Source: Chloroflexota bacterium
GTDB lineage: Bacteria; Chloroflexota; Dehalococcoidia; Lucifugimonadales; Lucifugimonadaceae
DNA length: 64,000 bases
Direction: 5' to 3'
Assembly: GCA_027624075.1 (NCBI GenBank)
Contig: JAQBUH010000005.1
Span: forward strand, 13,198-77,197
Below the pieces are notes generated by a model. It ran no database searches, was not told the origin of the DNA, and saw only the letters and a program-made list of their open reading frames with translations. Below, one piece after another: positions 44,727 through 54,338 of the stretch (positions are counted from its first letter, which is position 1; each line of letters begins with the position of its first letter). A program made the translations under genes and the position numbers.

Positions 44727-46010
44727 CTAGTGCTTTTCGCCGGGGCCGGACCTGTCTCGTCCGCCCAGCCCGGCAATCCTGTGAACCCTGGCGAGCAGGT
44801 GCGCTGCCTCACGCAGTACGTCCATGCCCGGTAGCCGCGGCAAATCCCTGCGTTCCGGCATCGATGGTATGGGAACTTTTGACGCAAAGCGCACGATTCG
44901 AGACGCTGTATCGGCTGGCACCCCGTCGATCGCCTCCGCCAGAGCGACAGGCGCCCCGGCGATCAACCTCACACCGTCCCACGCCGCCGCCAGCTGCTTC
45001 TGCGAGAGATGCGTCATGGCTGCAGGATCGTACGCCTTCAGAAGCGCGTAGATGACGGCCGGGCTGAACCGGGCAGGATGATACGCCAGGAAGCGCGGCT
45101 CCCAGAAGTCCGGGCCGAACTGCTCTTTGAACTGATACATCGGCTTGAACGAATAGAAGTAGCCGAGCCGATCGAAGGCGATATCCATCGCAAGCTCGAT
45201 AAACCAGCCCTGCGCCAGGTCCTCCGCATGCTCGCCTGAAAGCGGCGCCGTGCCCAGTGTTGCCAGCTCGTAGCCCTGCTCTTTCAACTGGCGAATGCTA
45301 TCGACGATCAACAACTCGACGGTTCCGCGCACCGGCCGGCGCTTGCGGCGCAGGATGTCGAAGTAGATGGCGTTGCGGGCGTAGATCGGTGTGCAGACGC
45401 AGAACGCCTCCACCTGCCCGTTGAGCGTCGCCACGAAGTATTTCCTGTCGCCAGGGTCGTCGAGCGATGGCTGTCCGACCAGGAAACCGAACTCGCCTGA
45501 ACCCTTCTCGCTCCGCCACTCGTCCGAGAGTGCCGTCATCTGCTGGTCGAGCGTGGCGTCCCGCGCCTCGGCGGGACGGCTTTCGATGATCTTGAGGCCG
45601 TCCGACTGGGCCCGCCGGATGTCACGGCGGAGGTCCCTGAACTGACCTCCGGCCAGCGAGAAGTCCTGCAGGCGGAAGAATGGCTCCTCTCCGATTTTGA
45701 CGTATCCGAACTTCAGGTACTGGAGTTGCTCCAGTGTGCGGAGCGTAACGCTCTGGAACGCGCATCTCCATCTGTTCCTTTTGCAGAACTGCAGGAACTC
45801 GGCGCACAGGTCACGGATATCGCTCTCTGCGCAAACCGGGTCTCCTGCGACCAGTGCGACGCGGGCGATCACCACGTACGCGACGACGCCTTCCGTGCCG
45901 CGCTGAGAGAAGAAGAACCGCTTTTCTCCAGACAGGATGTTGTATGACTGTGACTGGTAGCCGTACTTGCGGAGTGCGGCGTGGACCAGCTCGGACTCAG
46001 TTGTGGGCAT
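44727..46010 (-). CDS. DUF2156 domain protein (MprF C-terminal, aminoacyl-tRNA-dependent transferase-like), no membrane domain
   Basis: ..YGYQSQSYNILSGEKRFFFS..GVVAYVVIARVALVAGDPV.., ..GEEPFFRLQDFSLAGGQFRDLRRDIRRA.., ..FDILRRKRRPVRGTVELL... Starts directly with the soluble domain. Confidence 0.75.
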   Translation of the reverse strand: MPTTESELVHAALRKYGYQSQSYNILSGEKRFFFSQRGTEGVVAYVVIARVALVAGDPVCAESDIRDLCAEFLQFCKRNRWRCAFQSVTLRTLEQLQYLKFGYVKIGEEPFFRLQDFSLAGGQFRDLRRDIRRAQSDGLKIIESRPAEARDATLDQQMTALSDEWRSEKGSGEFGFLVGQPSLDDPGDRKYFVATLNGQVEAFCVCTPIYARNAIYFDILRRKRRPVRGTVELLIVDSIRQLKEQGYELATLGTAPLSGEHAEDLAQGWFIELAMDIAFDRLGYFYSFKPMYQFKEQFGPDFWEPRFLAYHPARFSPAVIYALLKAYDPAAMTHLSQKQLAAAWDGVRLIAGAPVALAEAIDGVPADTASRIVRFASKVPIPSMPERRDLPRLPGMDVLREAAHLLARVHRIAGLGGRDRSGPGEKH

Positions 46011-46147
46011 AGGACCTTTTGTCTCAAGTTGCTATCGCTGGCGGCCTGCCCACGCGAATCACCTGTGCATGCCCCCTGTGAATACGACAGATGAATACCA
46101 CAGAACGCGCGGGTCTCAACCGCCGTAAAGGTACCCGGAGAATGGTG

Positions 46148-47890
46148 TCACAGGCTGGCGCCGGGAATTGCCGGGATCACCGGCAGCAGCAGGTGCGATG
46201 GGTGTCCGGCGTCATGGAACACGGTCTGGTGCGCCACACGGATATCGGTGTCAGTCGCGATCGGGTTGCCTGTGTTCAGGTTGCGGTTGTAGCGCGGGAA
46301 GTTGCTCGATGAGACCTCGACCCTGACGCGGTGGCCGGCCAGGAACAGGTTGGATGTGTCCCACATGTCGATATTGAACTCGTAGACCTTCCCCGGCTTC
46401 ATCATTTCGGGAGTTTCCGGGCCGTTTCGAAAACGCGCCCGGCAGATGCCCTCACACAGGATGATCGCCCGGCCGTCCGGCTCAACGTCGATGAGTGCCG
46501 CCGTGAAGTCCGTGTCGACTGCGGATGAGCTTGCGTAGACCACCGCGGAGACGGGACCCGTAACCTCGGTGTCCCGTTCCAGCGGCTCAGACGTGTAGAT
46601 CAGCACGTCTGCGCGGCGTTCGATCATTCGCCTGTCTCGCGGGCCGCACAGGTCAAGGCTCTGGTACTGAGCGCCCCAGGACGGCACGGGATTGTCAGGG
46701 TCGTAGCGGAACCTGTCCGGCGGCTGGTTGCCGGCAGGTGACTCAGTGCGCAGGCTGCCGCCGCCGGCCGCATCCTCCTGCGCATCGCGCGGCCCGTCGC
46801 CGTGCAGGAACATCTTCGTCCACTGTGTCCGGGCAAGCGGCCACTCATGCTCAAACCGCCACTCATTCGCACCCATCACGAACAGCTTGACAGGCGGCTC
46901 ATTGTCGATGCCCGTGTCGATGCCCTTCAGTCGCTGGTCATACCAGCGGGTGTGCATGCCGACGATGTCCCAGTGGGCGCCGGCGCCGAACGTGCGGTCC
47001 TGGTACTCCCCGTTCGGGCCGATCTGCACGCGGCCCCACGGCGAGACCTGGTGGCTCCACGGTCCGACGATCAGCTTCGTCCGCCGCCTCGCCTCTTCCG
47101 AGCGCGCGCCGGAGCGCCAGCCGTTGAACAGCTTGAAGTTCTCGTGCGAGAGGGAGTCGAACCAGCCTGTGATGAACAGGGACGGCACTTCGACTTCCGG
47201 GTAACGGGTGCGAAGGCTGTAGCTGCTCCACCACTCGTCGTACTGCTCGTGCTCAAGCACGCCGGCAAAGTACGGGTGAGTCTCTGTGACCACCGAGAAC
47301 GCGTCTTTCAGCGGCAGGCGCTTGAGCAGCGCCTTCTGATCGAACTGCTGGAGCGACGCTGACTGCATCGAGCGGCCGGCCATGTTCAGGAACGTGAGCG
47401 TCACCGCCCAGTGGATCACGCCATCGACCCTGTGGTGGCCGTAGTTATCCTGCTGCGAGGCGATGGGCGCGATGGCCTTGAGGTACTTCGAGCGGAGCGT
47501 TGCGGGCGCCGACTGCGTGAAGCCGGGATAGGAGAGGCCGAACGTGCCGATGTTGCCGTCGCACCACGGCTGCCTGCCGATCCATTCATGGGTGTCGTAG
47601 CCGTCCGGGACCTCGCAGACATAAGGCTCCCAGACGCCGTCTGAGTCACCTCGGCCGCGGCAGTCCTGCATCACGACCGCGTACCCGGCGTCGTTGAAGC
47701 CGCGCGCCCATCCGATGTAGCGCGGCTCCTGGTTGTCGTAGATCGTCCGCAGCAGGAGGACCGGCCACGGGCCGTCGCCATCCGGCGGGAGCCAGACATC
47801 GGCGGAGAGGTCCACGCCGTCACGCATCGGTGTCTTCTGGTCGAGGAGGAGCCTGCCCGGCTGGACTAGGGGGCGGTCGTTGGAGGTCAA
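46148..47890 (-). CDS. CocE/NonD family alpha/beta hydrolase
   Basis: ..MRDGVDLSADVWLP.., GLSYPG nucleophile elbow, ..RYNRNLNTG.. C-terminal domain. Confidence 0.85.
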   Translation of the reverse strand: MTSNDRPLVQPGRLLLDQKTPMRDGVDLSADVWLPPDGDGPWPVLLLRTIYDNQEPRYIGWARGFNDAGYAVVMQDCRGRGDSDGVWEPYVCEVPDGYDTHEWIGRQPWCDGNIGTFGLSYPGFTQSAPATLRSKYLKAIAPIASQQDNYGHHRVDGVIHWAVTLTFLNMAGRSMQSASLQQFDQKALLKRLPLKDAFSVVTETHPYFAGVLEHEQYDEWWSSYSLRTRYPEVEVPSLFITGWFDSLSHENFKLFNGWRSGARSEEARRRTKLIVGPWSHQVSPWGRVQIGPNGEYQDRTFGAGAHWDIVGMHTRWYDQRLKGIDTGIDNEPPVKLFVMGANEWRFEHEWPLARTQWTKMFLHGDGPRDAQEDAAGGGSLRTESPAGNQPPDRFRYDPDNPVPSWGAQYQSLDLCGPRDRRMIERRADVLIYTSEPLERDTEVTGPVSAVVYASSSAVDTDFTAALIDVEPDGRAIILCEGICRARFRNGPETPEMMKPGKVYEFNIDMWDTSNLFLAGHRVRVEVSSSNFPRYNRNLNTGNPIATDTDIRVAHQTVFHDAGHPSHLLLPVIPAIPGASL

Positions 47891-47990
47891 CTGGGTCTCC
47901 GGTTACTGGAGCTGGGGTGTCGGCGGCATTGTGCCAACAACGTGCGTGGCGCGTCGAGTAAGCTAACGGCCAATCCATGAATTCGAGCTA

Positions 47991-49073
47991 TTGAGGAACG
48001 TCATGCCAGCACGAAAAGTCGTTATCACCATGAACAACCGGCCGCCGAGCGACATCACGCTCGATGTGATCAAGAAGGCCGGAATCGATGTCGAGTACGT
48101 GTCGTGTGACACCGAAGACCAGGTGGTCCGGGCCGCCGCAGACGCAGACGTGCTGCTCGTTGGCACCGTCCCGCACACCACTCGCAGGGTCTTGGAGGCG
48201 CTGCCGAGGCTGAAGATGGTTGGACGCAGCGGCGTCGGGGTCGACTCGGTCGATCTGGAGGCCGCGACAGAGCTGGGTATCGCGGTCACGAATACGCCCG
48301 GCATCAACACCTCCGAGGTCGCCGACCACGCGATGGCGATGCTGCTTTCGATCACCCGGCAGATACCCGAGTTGAAGGCGGCTACCCGGGACGGCTCATG
48401 GAGCGACAGGCCGAGGGAGATCAACGCCCTGCGCAACAAGCTCCGCCGCATCGCAGGCAACACCGTCGGCATCTACGGCCTCGGCAATATCGGCAGGGCG
48501 TTTGCGACGCGGGTCCGCGGGTTCGGGCCGGCGCGCATCATTGCCCACGACCCTTATGTGCCGCAGACGACCGCCGACCTGTACGGCGTACAGCTGGTCG
48601 ATTTCGATACTCTGCTCCGTGAGTCCGACTTCATCACTGTCCATTCGCCCGCGACCGCTGAGACGAGCCACGCTTTCAACCTTGAGAGCTTCGGGAAGAT
48701 GAAGCCGACCGCCATATTTATCAACTGCGCCCGCGGCCCGCTGGTCGACGAGGCGGGTTTGCAGGAGGCGCTGGAGACGAACCTGATCTACGCTGCGGGC
48801 ATCGACGTGACGGAAGTGGAGCCGCTCGATGCGGAGAACCCGCTGTTGAAGCTCCCGAACCTGACCATCACGCCGCACTTTGCCGGAGCGTCGGACGTGA
48901 CTTCTAGAGAGGGTGCGAGGCGATGGGGGGAGAACGCGGTGAATGTGCTCACCGGCAAGATGCTGCACGGTCTCGGGAACCCGGATGTTGAGAAGGTGAT
49001 CGCGGTGCGGCGGTCGCAGGGCGACAAACGCTGGGAGGGCGTCCCTGACCCGGTTACAAACAGAGGGTTTTAG
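47991..49073 (+). CDS. D-isomer-specific 2-hydroxyacid dehydrogenase
   Basis: ..GIYGLGNIGRAFA.., ..INCARGPLVDE.., ..TPHFAG... Confidence 0.85.
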   Translation: MRNVMPARKVVITMNNRPPSDITLDVIKKAGIDVEYVSCDTEDQVVRAAADADVLLVGTVPHTTRRVLEALPRLKMVGRSGVGVDSVDLEAATELGIAVTNTPGINTSEVADHAMAMLLSITRQIPELKAATRDGSWSDRPREINALRNKLRRIAGNTVGIYGLGNIGRAFATRVRGFGPARIIAHDPYVPQTTADLYGVQLVDFDTLLRESDFITVHSPATAETSHAFNLESFGKMKPTAIFINCARGPLVDEAGLQEALETNLIYAAGIDVTEVEPLDAENPLLKLPNLTITPHFAGASDVTSREGARRWGENAVNVLTGKMLHGLGNPDVEKVIAVRRSQGDKRWEGVPDPVTNRGF

Positions 49074-49264
49074 GGAGTTAGACGTTCGGTGGATGTGCCA
49101 TCGCTGTCTGCCGCGGCTGCGCGACAATTCAGCCATTGAGACCAGCTACGGGCCGGACAGACGCCCGGACAGCAGCCTGGATTTCCGCCGGGAATGGGCC
49201 AGAGTTGAACCCGAGTTGAAAAGGTGGACGATAGAGTGCCGGTTTTGGCGGCGCCTGTTCAAGC

Positions 49265-50980
49265 ATGAAAGTTCGATTGGCCAACCTGGAGTGGAGCGTC
49301 ACTCCTCCCGGCCTGCTCTCCCCTGATGAAATCCGCAGGAACGTCGTCTCCGGCCTCGTAGTCGGCACTATCGCGCTGCCGCTTTCGATCGCACTCGCAA
49401 TCGCCGTCGGCGCGCCGCCCATCATGGGGCTTTACACCGCCGCATTCGCGGGAGCGGCCGCGTCCATCTTCGGGTCGTCACGCTTCAACATCACCGGACC
49501 GACCGCCGCGCTCGTGCCGCTGATCGGCGCCATCGTCATCAAACACGGCGTGGAGGCGTTGCCTCTACTTGGCATCATGGTCGCAGGGATCCTGTTCATC
49601 ATGAGCGCCCTGCGGCTGGGCCGGATCTCCAAATACATCCCCGGAGTCGTGGTCGCAGGGTTCACGGTGGGCATCGCCCTGTCGATAGCGTTCGGGCAGT
49701 TGAACTCGCTGCTTGGCGTGACTGGCACGGACCCTGACCTTGAGCACTTCCATGAGCGGCTCTGGGACACGCTTGTCCAACTGCACACCGTGGGCTGGGT
49801 GACCGTCGTAGTCGGGTTCACCGCCGTTGCCCTTGTGTACGCGTGGCCTCGTGTGTCGAAACGGGTGCCGGGAGCGCTGGTCGCCGTTGTGCTGTTCACG
49901 GCCATCACATGGTTGCTCTCGATAGACACGTCCACGGTGGCAACGCGGTACGGAGATCTGCCGCGCGGGCTGCCGGAGATCGGGCTTCCGGAGTTCGACC
50001 TTGACCTTGCCAGGGTCCTCTTGCCTTCCGCGTTCGCAGTGGCTGTGCTGGCAGGGGTCGAGTCGCTCCTGAGCGCTGTTGTCGCCGACAACATGGCGCA
50101 GGCTCCGGTGCATCACAAACCGGACCGCGAGCTTTTCGGGCAGGGCATGGCGAACCTTGTGGCATCGATCACCGGTGGAATTCCTGCCACAGCGGCAATC
50201 GCCCGCACCGGCGCCGGAGTTCAGAACGGCGCAACGTCGCGTCTCAGCGGCGTGGTTCACTCCGGGTTCGTGTTTGCGTGCACCATCGCGCTTGCGGGTC
50301 TCGTCGGGCACATCCCACTGGCTGTGCTGGCCGGCGTCCTCGTCGTCACCGCATACCGCATCGCCGATGTGAAAGGGTTAAGGCGAATACTGCGGGGCGC
50401 GCCACGCTCAGAGATGCTGGTCCTGGCGACCACCATCGGTCTCACCGTGTTCTTGGACCTGACATACGCCATTCTCGCCGGAGTCGTGATCTCGGTGATC
50501 ATCGTGCTCAGGCAGCTAACGGCGAACGCTTCTGCGATGCAGATGAAGCCAGACGCAATGGGCCTGATCCGGCAGGTCTCGCCACGGCTTGGCGCGCTGA
50601 TGATCAGCAGACCGGATATTGCGTTCTACAACGCTCAAGGAATACTGGCGTTCCACTCGGCGGCCGCGCTGGAGCGTGTTTTGCTGGCGGACGAGCCCCG
50701 GCCGCTGGTCCTGCGCATGAAAGACGTCACCTATATCGACACGTCAGGGCTCCTGGCGCTCGAGCACATAATCGCTGAGCGGAAACGTAAGGGCGGGCGC
50801 ATGCTCCTAACTGCCATTCAGCCCGCCGTCATGCCCGCAATCAGGCGGTTTGGAATCGTCCGTGAGCTTGGCTGGTCAAACGTGTATCCGAGCACTGAGG
50901 CAGCGATCAATTCGCTGCCAGTGCTGCCGGAGGCGTCGGCCGGTGAGCAAGCGGGAGTGCAGCCTGCCACTTCCGTCTGA
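49265..50980 (+). CDS. SulP family anion transporter with C-terminal STAS domain
   Basis: ..GLVVGTIALPLSIALAIAVGAPP..GLYTA.. and a STAS-like tail ..VLRMKDVTYIDTSGLLALE... Confidence 0.9.
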   Translation: MKVRLANLEWSVTPPGLLSPDEIRRNVVSGLVVGTIALPLSIALAIAVGAPPIMGLYTAAFAGAAASIFGSSRFNITGPTAALVPLIGAIVIKHGVEALPLLGIMVAGILFIMSALRLGRISKYIPGVVVAGFTVGIALSIAFGQLNSLLGVTGTDPDLEHFHERLWDTLVQLHTVGWVTVVVGFTAVALVYAWPRVSKRVPGALVAVVLFTAITWLLSIDTSTVATRYGDLPRGLPEIGLPEFDLDLARVLLPSAFAVAVLAGVESLLSAVVADNMAQAPVHHKPDRELFGQGMANLVASITGGIPATAAIARTGAGVQNGATSRLSGVVHSGFVFACTIALAGLVGHIPLAVLAGVLVVTAYRIADVKGLRRILRGAPRSEMLVLATTIGLTVFLDLTYAILAGVVISVIIVLRQLTANASAMQMKPDAMGLIRQVSPRLGALMISRPDIAFYNAQGILAFHSAAALERVLLADEPRPLVLRMKDVTYIDTSGLLALEHIIAERKRKGGRMLLTAIQPAVMPAIRRFGIVRELGWSNVYPSTEAAINSLPVLPEASAGEQAGVQPATSV

Positions 50981-50994
50981 GGTCTTGTCAGGTC

Positions 50995-53421
50995 TCAGCG
51001 TTCCGCACTCACCCACAGCCTCACACCGTCCGTGCGTACGGTCACATCGCCGTCGCGGGAAGTGATGAACAGGCTCTCCTCAGGAACGACCGCCTCAAGC
51101 CGCGACAGCACATCGGCAGTCGGATGGCCGAAGCGGTTGTCCGAGCCGACCTGGATGATTGCGACTTCGGGATTAACCGCGTCCAGAAACAGTCCGGTAG
51201 ACGATGTGTCGCTGCCGTGGTGCGGCACCTTGAGCACTGTGGCGCCAATGTCGCGCCCGGAGTCGAGAAGCCTGCGCTCTATGACCGAGGTGATGTCACC
51301 AGTGAGCAGCATCGAAACGTCCCCGTAGCGCAGCATCGTCACGACTGACGCGTCGTTGATCGTGGCGTCGGGGAACGGCCGGCCGGCCGAGAGCACCTCC
51401 AGCGTCACACCGTCGTCGAGTGCTATCAACACACCCTGGTCCAGTGTCACCGAGCCGCCACGCTCATCGACCGCTCTGCGCCACGCCGCATAGACAGTGC
51501 TGCCGTGCGTGGTCGGCGCCTCAACTATGGTCGTGACGTCGTAGCGCTCGATCACAGCTTGCAGTCCGCCGACGTGATCGGCGTCCGGGTGGGTCACCAG
51601 CAACAGGTCGAGCGAGCGGTCCCAGAAAGGGAGAGCTGAGTCGAGGCTGCGCACGGCGCCAAACGGGTCTCGCCCACCATCGATGAGCGCAGAGTTCCCG
51701 TTTGGCGTGCGGACCAGGACCATGTCGCCGCGGTCGGTCTCGAAGAACGTCACGGTCAACTCATCGCCGCCTGCAGAGGTGACGACGCCCGCCCACGCCA
51801 CGGCTGCGACCGCGGCGGCAACCACGATGGACCATGCCGGGACACCCGAGCGGACAAAGAGATGCTCTGAGAACGGCTGCGCGAGGGTTTGCCAAATCCG
51901 CGTTACCGCCGATGTGAGGACGGCGCGCACTCTGTCCCAGCCAAACGCCAGGTAGATCGCCGCGTACGCCAGAATAGCGGCGCCCGCACCCCAGCCTTCG
52001 GTGTTGACGATGCCAGGTGGCAGGTCCTTGAACAGCCGGGCGACTCCGACGATGAACTCGCTGAGCAGCCAGGCGGGCCAACCGATCACCTCGCCTGCCT
52101 GCGTTGAGACTCCGGCCGCGAGGGACGCGACTCCGCTGATGATGATGAGCAGCGGCACCGCCGGCAGCATGACGACGGTCGCAATCCCGCCCCAGACAGG
52201 TGCGCCGCCGAAGTTCATCGCAACCAGTGGCCATGTGATGAGCGTTGCGGCGACCGACACCGCGAGAGTTCCAACCAGGGCGGCGGCGAGCCTGTTGCCG
52301 TTCCGCTCGCTCAGCCTGAGGCCCGGCATCAACCTGCCTGCGGCGGCGATCAGCCGGGGTGTCAGGACGGCTATGCCGGAGACGGCGGCGAAGCTCAACT
52401 GGAATGACAGCGAACGCAGGATCTCGGGGCTGATGGCGACCATTACGGCGGCCGCGAAGCCGATTCCGGGGAGTGACGCGTTCTGGCGTCCCGCGGCGCG
52501 CGCCAGCAACCCGACGCTGAACATGATCGCCGCACGCGTCACTGACGGCGAGAAGCCTGCGAGCGCCGCGTATCCCCAAGTGACGGCCAGCGGTATCAGC
52601 AGGTAGTACTGGCCTCGCCTGCCGAGCAACGACGCAGACACGGCCATCGCCAGCCCGCTGATCAGCGCGACGTGTAGCCCGGAGATTGCGAGGATGTGCG
52701 ATGTTCCCGACTCGCGGAACTCCAGGTTGAGCTGTTCCGATATTCCGGTGCGGTTGCCGACAAGCATCGCCGCCGCGAGGGCCGACGCCGGCTCACCGAT
52801 GGTCCTGTCCAGGTTGTTCGAGAGCCACTCGCGAACGCCCGCGACGCTGCGGCGCGCCGTGTTGCCGTGATCTGCCTCGACCAGTGAGACGACGCCCGTG
52901 AAGACGGTTCCGGCAGACGCTGCGGCGAACTCTCCAGATGCTGTCGAGAACCGGCCGCCGAACGTGTAGACATCTCCGTACCTGAAGCCGTTCGAGGTGC
53001 GGCCTGAGCCGGTGAGGTCGGACAGCCCGCTCGCAAAGACGGTCACCGGGAAGTCTGCCGGAGCATCGTCGATGGACAGGGCACGCAGCGTCAGGCGCAC
53101 ACCTGAGCCCGCCCTGTTCGCGTCTGCGTTGAGCCACGCCGTCAGTGTGACCTGCTGGCCGTCTGTTGGGACGTTCAGCCAGTTTTGCCCTGGCCCATCG
53201 CCGGCCGCGGCGCCTCTTGCGAACCCGAGCACGAGGATAAGGGCGCCGATCGCGAACACCGATCTCTTCCGCGTCACCAGCCGGCTTGCGACGGCAAGCG
53301 AAAGCGCTATCTCCGTTGCCAGCACCGCTAACTGGACCGTTGTATCGGCTGGTGATATCCCGGCCCCGAACGCGGCGGCGACCCCCAGGACAAAGAGTGC
53401 AGACGCGGTGGCGAGTCTCAT
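50995..53421 (-). CDS. comEC: DNA internalization competence protein ComEC/Rec2
   Basis: Competence membrane core (..GTSHILAISGLHV..) plus C-terminal metallo-beta-lactamase domain (..VTHPDADHVGG..). Confidence 0.9.
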   Translation of the reverse strand: MRLATASALFVLGVAAAFGAGISPADTTVQLAVLATEIALSLAVASRLVTRKRSVFAIGALILVLGFARGAAAGDGPGQNWLNVPTDGQQVTLTAWLNADANRAGSGVRLTLRALSIDDAPADFPVTVFASGLSDLTGSGRTSNGFRYGDVYTFGGRFSTASGEFAAASAGTVFTGVVSLVEADHGNTARRSVAGVREWLSNNLDRTIGEPASALAAAMLVGNRTGISEQLNLEFRESGTSHILAISGLHVALISGLAMAVSASLLGRRGQYYLLIPLAVTWGYAALAGFSPSVTRAAIMFSVGLLARAAGRQNASLPGIGFAAAVMVAISPEILRSLSFQLSFAAVSGIAVLTPRLIAAAGRLMPGLRLSERNGNRLAAALVGTLAVSVAATLITWPLVAMNFGGAPVWGGIATVVMLPAVPLLIIISGVASLAAGVSTQAGEVIGWPAWLLSEFIVGVARLFKDLPPGIVNTEGWGAGAAILAYAAIYLAFGWDRVRAVLTSAVTRIWQTLAQPFSEHLFVRSGVPAWSIVVAAAVAAVAWAGVVTSAGGDELTVTFFETDRGDMVLVRTPNGNSALIDGGRDPFGAVRSLDSALPFWDRSLDLLLVTHPDADHVGGLQAVIERYDVTTIVEAPTTHGSTVYAAWRRAVDERGGSVTLDQGVLIALDDGVTLEVLSAGRPFPDATINDASVVTMLRYGDVSMLLTGDITSVIERRLLDSGRDIGATVLKVPHHGSDTSSTGLFLDAVNPEVAIIQVGSDNRFGHPTADVLSRLEAVVPEESLFITSRDGDVTVRTDGVRLWVSAER

Positions 53422-54125
53422 GGCTGGATGACCAGCGGCCTGATGGCGTCAACCGTGGCAGGGCCGATGCCGTCTATCGCAGTGAGGTCGTCTGCGAAAA
53501 GGACGGGGCCGTTGCGCTCCCTGAAGGCGATTATCGCAGCGGCGCGTGTTGGACCGATGCCTGGCAACTGTTCCAGCTGAATGGCGCTGGCCGTGTTCAG
53601 GTCGAGCAGCAGGTTGCCAGCCTGTCCGTTCAAGCCGGTGATGGGCGATACAAGTTCGCCGTCTGTGGTCGCGGCGGCGCCTGTCACCACCAACTGCTGG
53701 CCGTCCCTGAGCAGAGCGGCCAGGTTGATGGATGAGGGACCTGTAAGCCCGCCTGCGGCGTCCACGGCTTCTGCCACACGTGAGCCAGGAGGCAAAATGT
53801 ATACGCCTGGACTCGAGACCGAGCCGGTGACGTGTACGACCATCGGACCGGGCGTCGGGATGAGGATCTCGACAGTCCGAGGCTCCGGACGGACAAGCGC
53901 CCAGGTCACTGCGCCGGCCCCGGCCGCGATAACGACCAGGGCGAACAGCATGAACGATACTGAGGGCAGCGAGCGTGCGGTCTTGCCCGCAGGACGGTCT
54001 TCCCGCCTCCGGGACGGCTCTCGGTCGCTGACGGCAGCTTTCCTCTCTGGTGAGAGAGTTTCGCCGCCGTCGTCGCTGCGTTTCATTCGGGCTTGTCCCA
54101 TGTGAGAGGCCGTCCGCCCGGTCAA
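53418..54125 (-). CDS. comEA: competence protein ComEA (SLBB + helix-hairpin-helix)
   Basis: ..VHVTGSVSSPGVY.. and ..LNTASAIQLEQLPGIGPTRAAAIIAFRE... 4-nt overlap with comEC. Start uncertain. Confidence 0.85.
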   Translation of the reverse strand: MTGRTASHMGQARMKRSDDGGETLSPERKAAVSDREPSRRREDRPAGKTARSLPSVSFMLFALVVIAAGAGAVTWALVRPEPRTVEILIPTPGPMVVHVTGSVSSPGVYILPPGSRVAEAVDAAGGLTGPSSINLAALLRDGQQLVVTGAAATTDGELVSPITGLNGQAGNLLLDLNTASAIQLEQLPGIGPTRAAAIIAFRERNGPVLFADDLTAIDGIGPATVDAIRPLVIQP

Positions 54126-54338
54126 TATGAGTGGTCTGCGGATGAGCGCGCAGTCTATGTGAACCGGCGTACAACGTGAACTGGTGACAGGCTCTGAGTC
54201 CGGAGCCGGGATTCGGTCGACGCCACCGGTTTCGTGAGGTTAAGCTTCGCCATCGGACACTCACGGCCACTCAGGCGGCGATTGTCAGGCAGGGGCGTAG
54301 CGAGTCAAGTCCGCACCGCATCCACACAGGAACAGCAC

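Noticed and set aside
804-52579. Many long antisense or overlapping ORFs in the track (e.g. 804-1322, 3927-4760, 13845-14564, 17371-18201, 28241-28954, 32146-33051, 43936-44730, 49565-50311, 51761-52579).
   Set aside because: Their translations are Arg/Pro/Ala/Ser-rich and low-complexity. Each lies opposite a gene with clear family motifs. These are the shadow ORFs typical of high-GC DNA.
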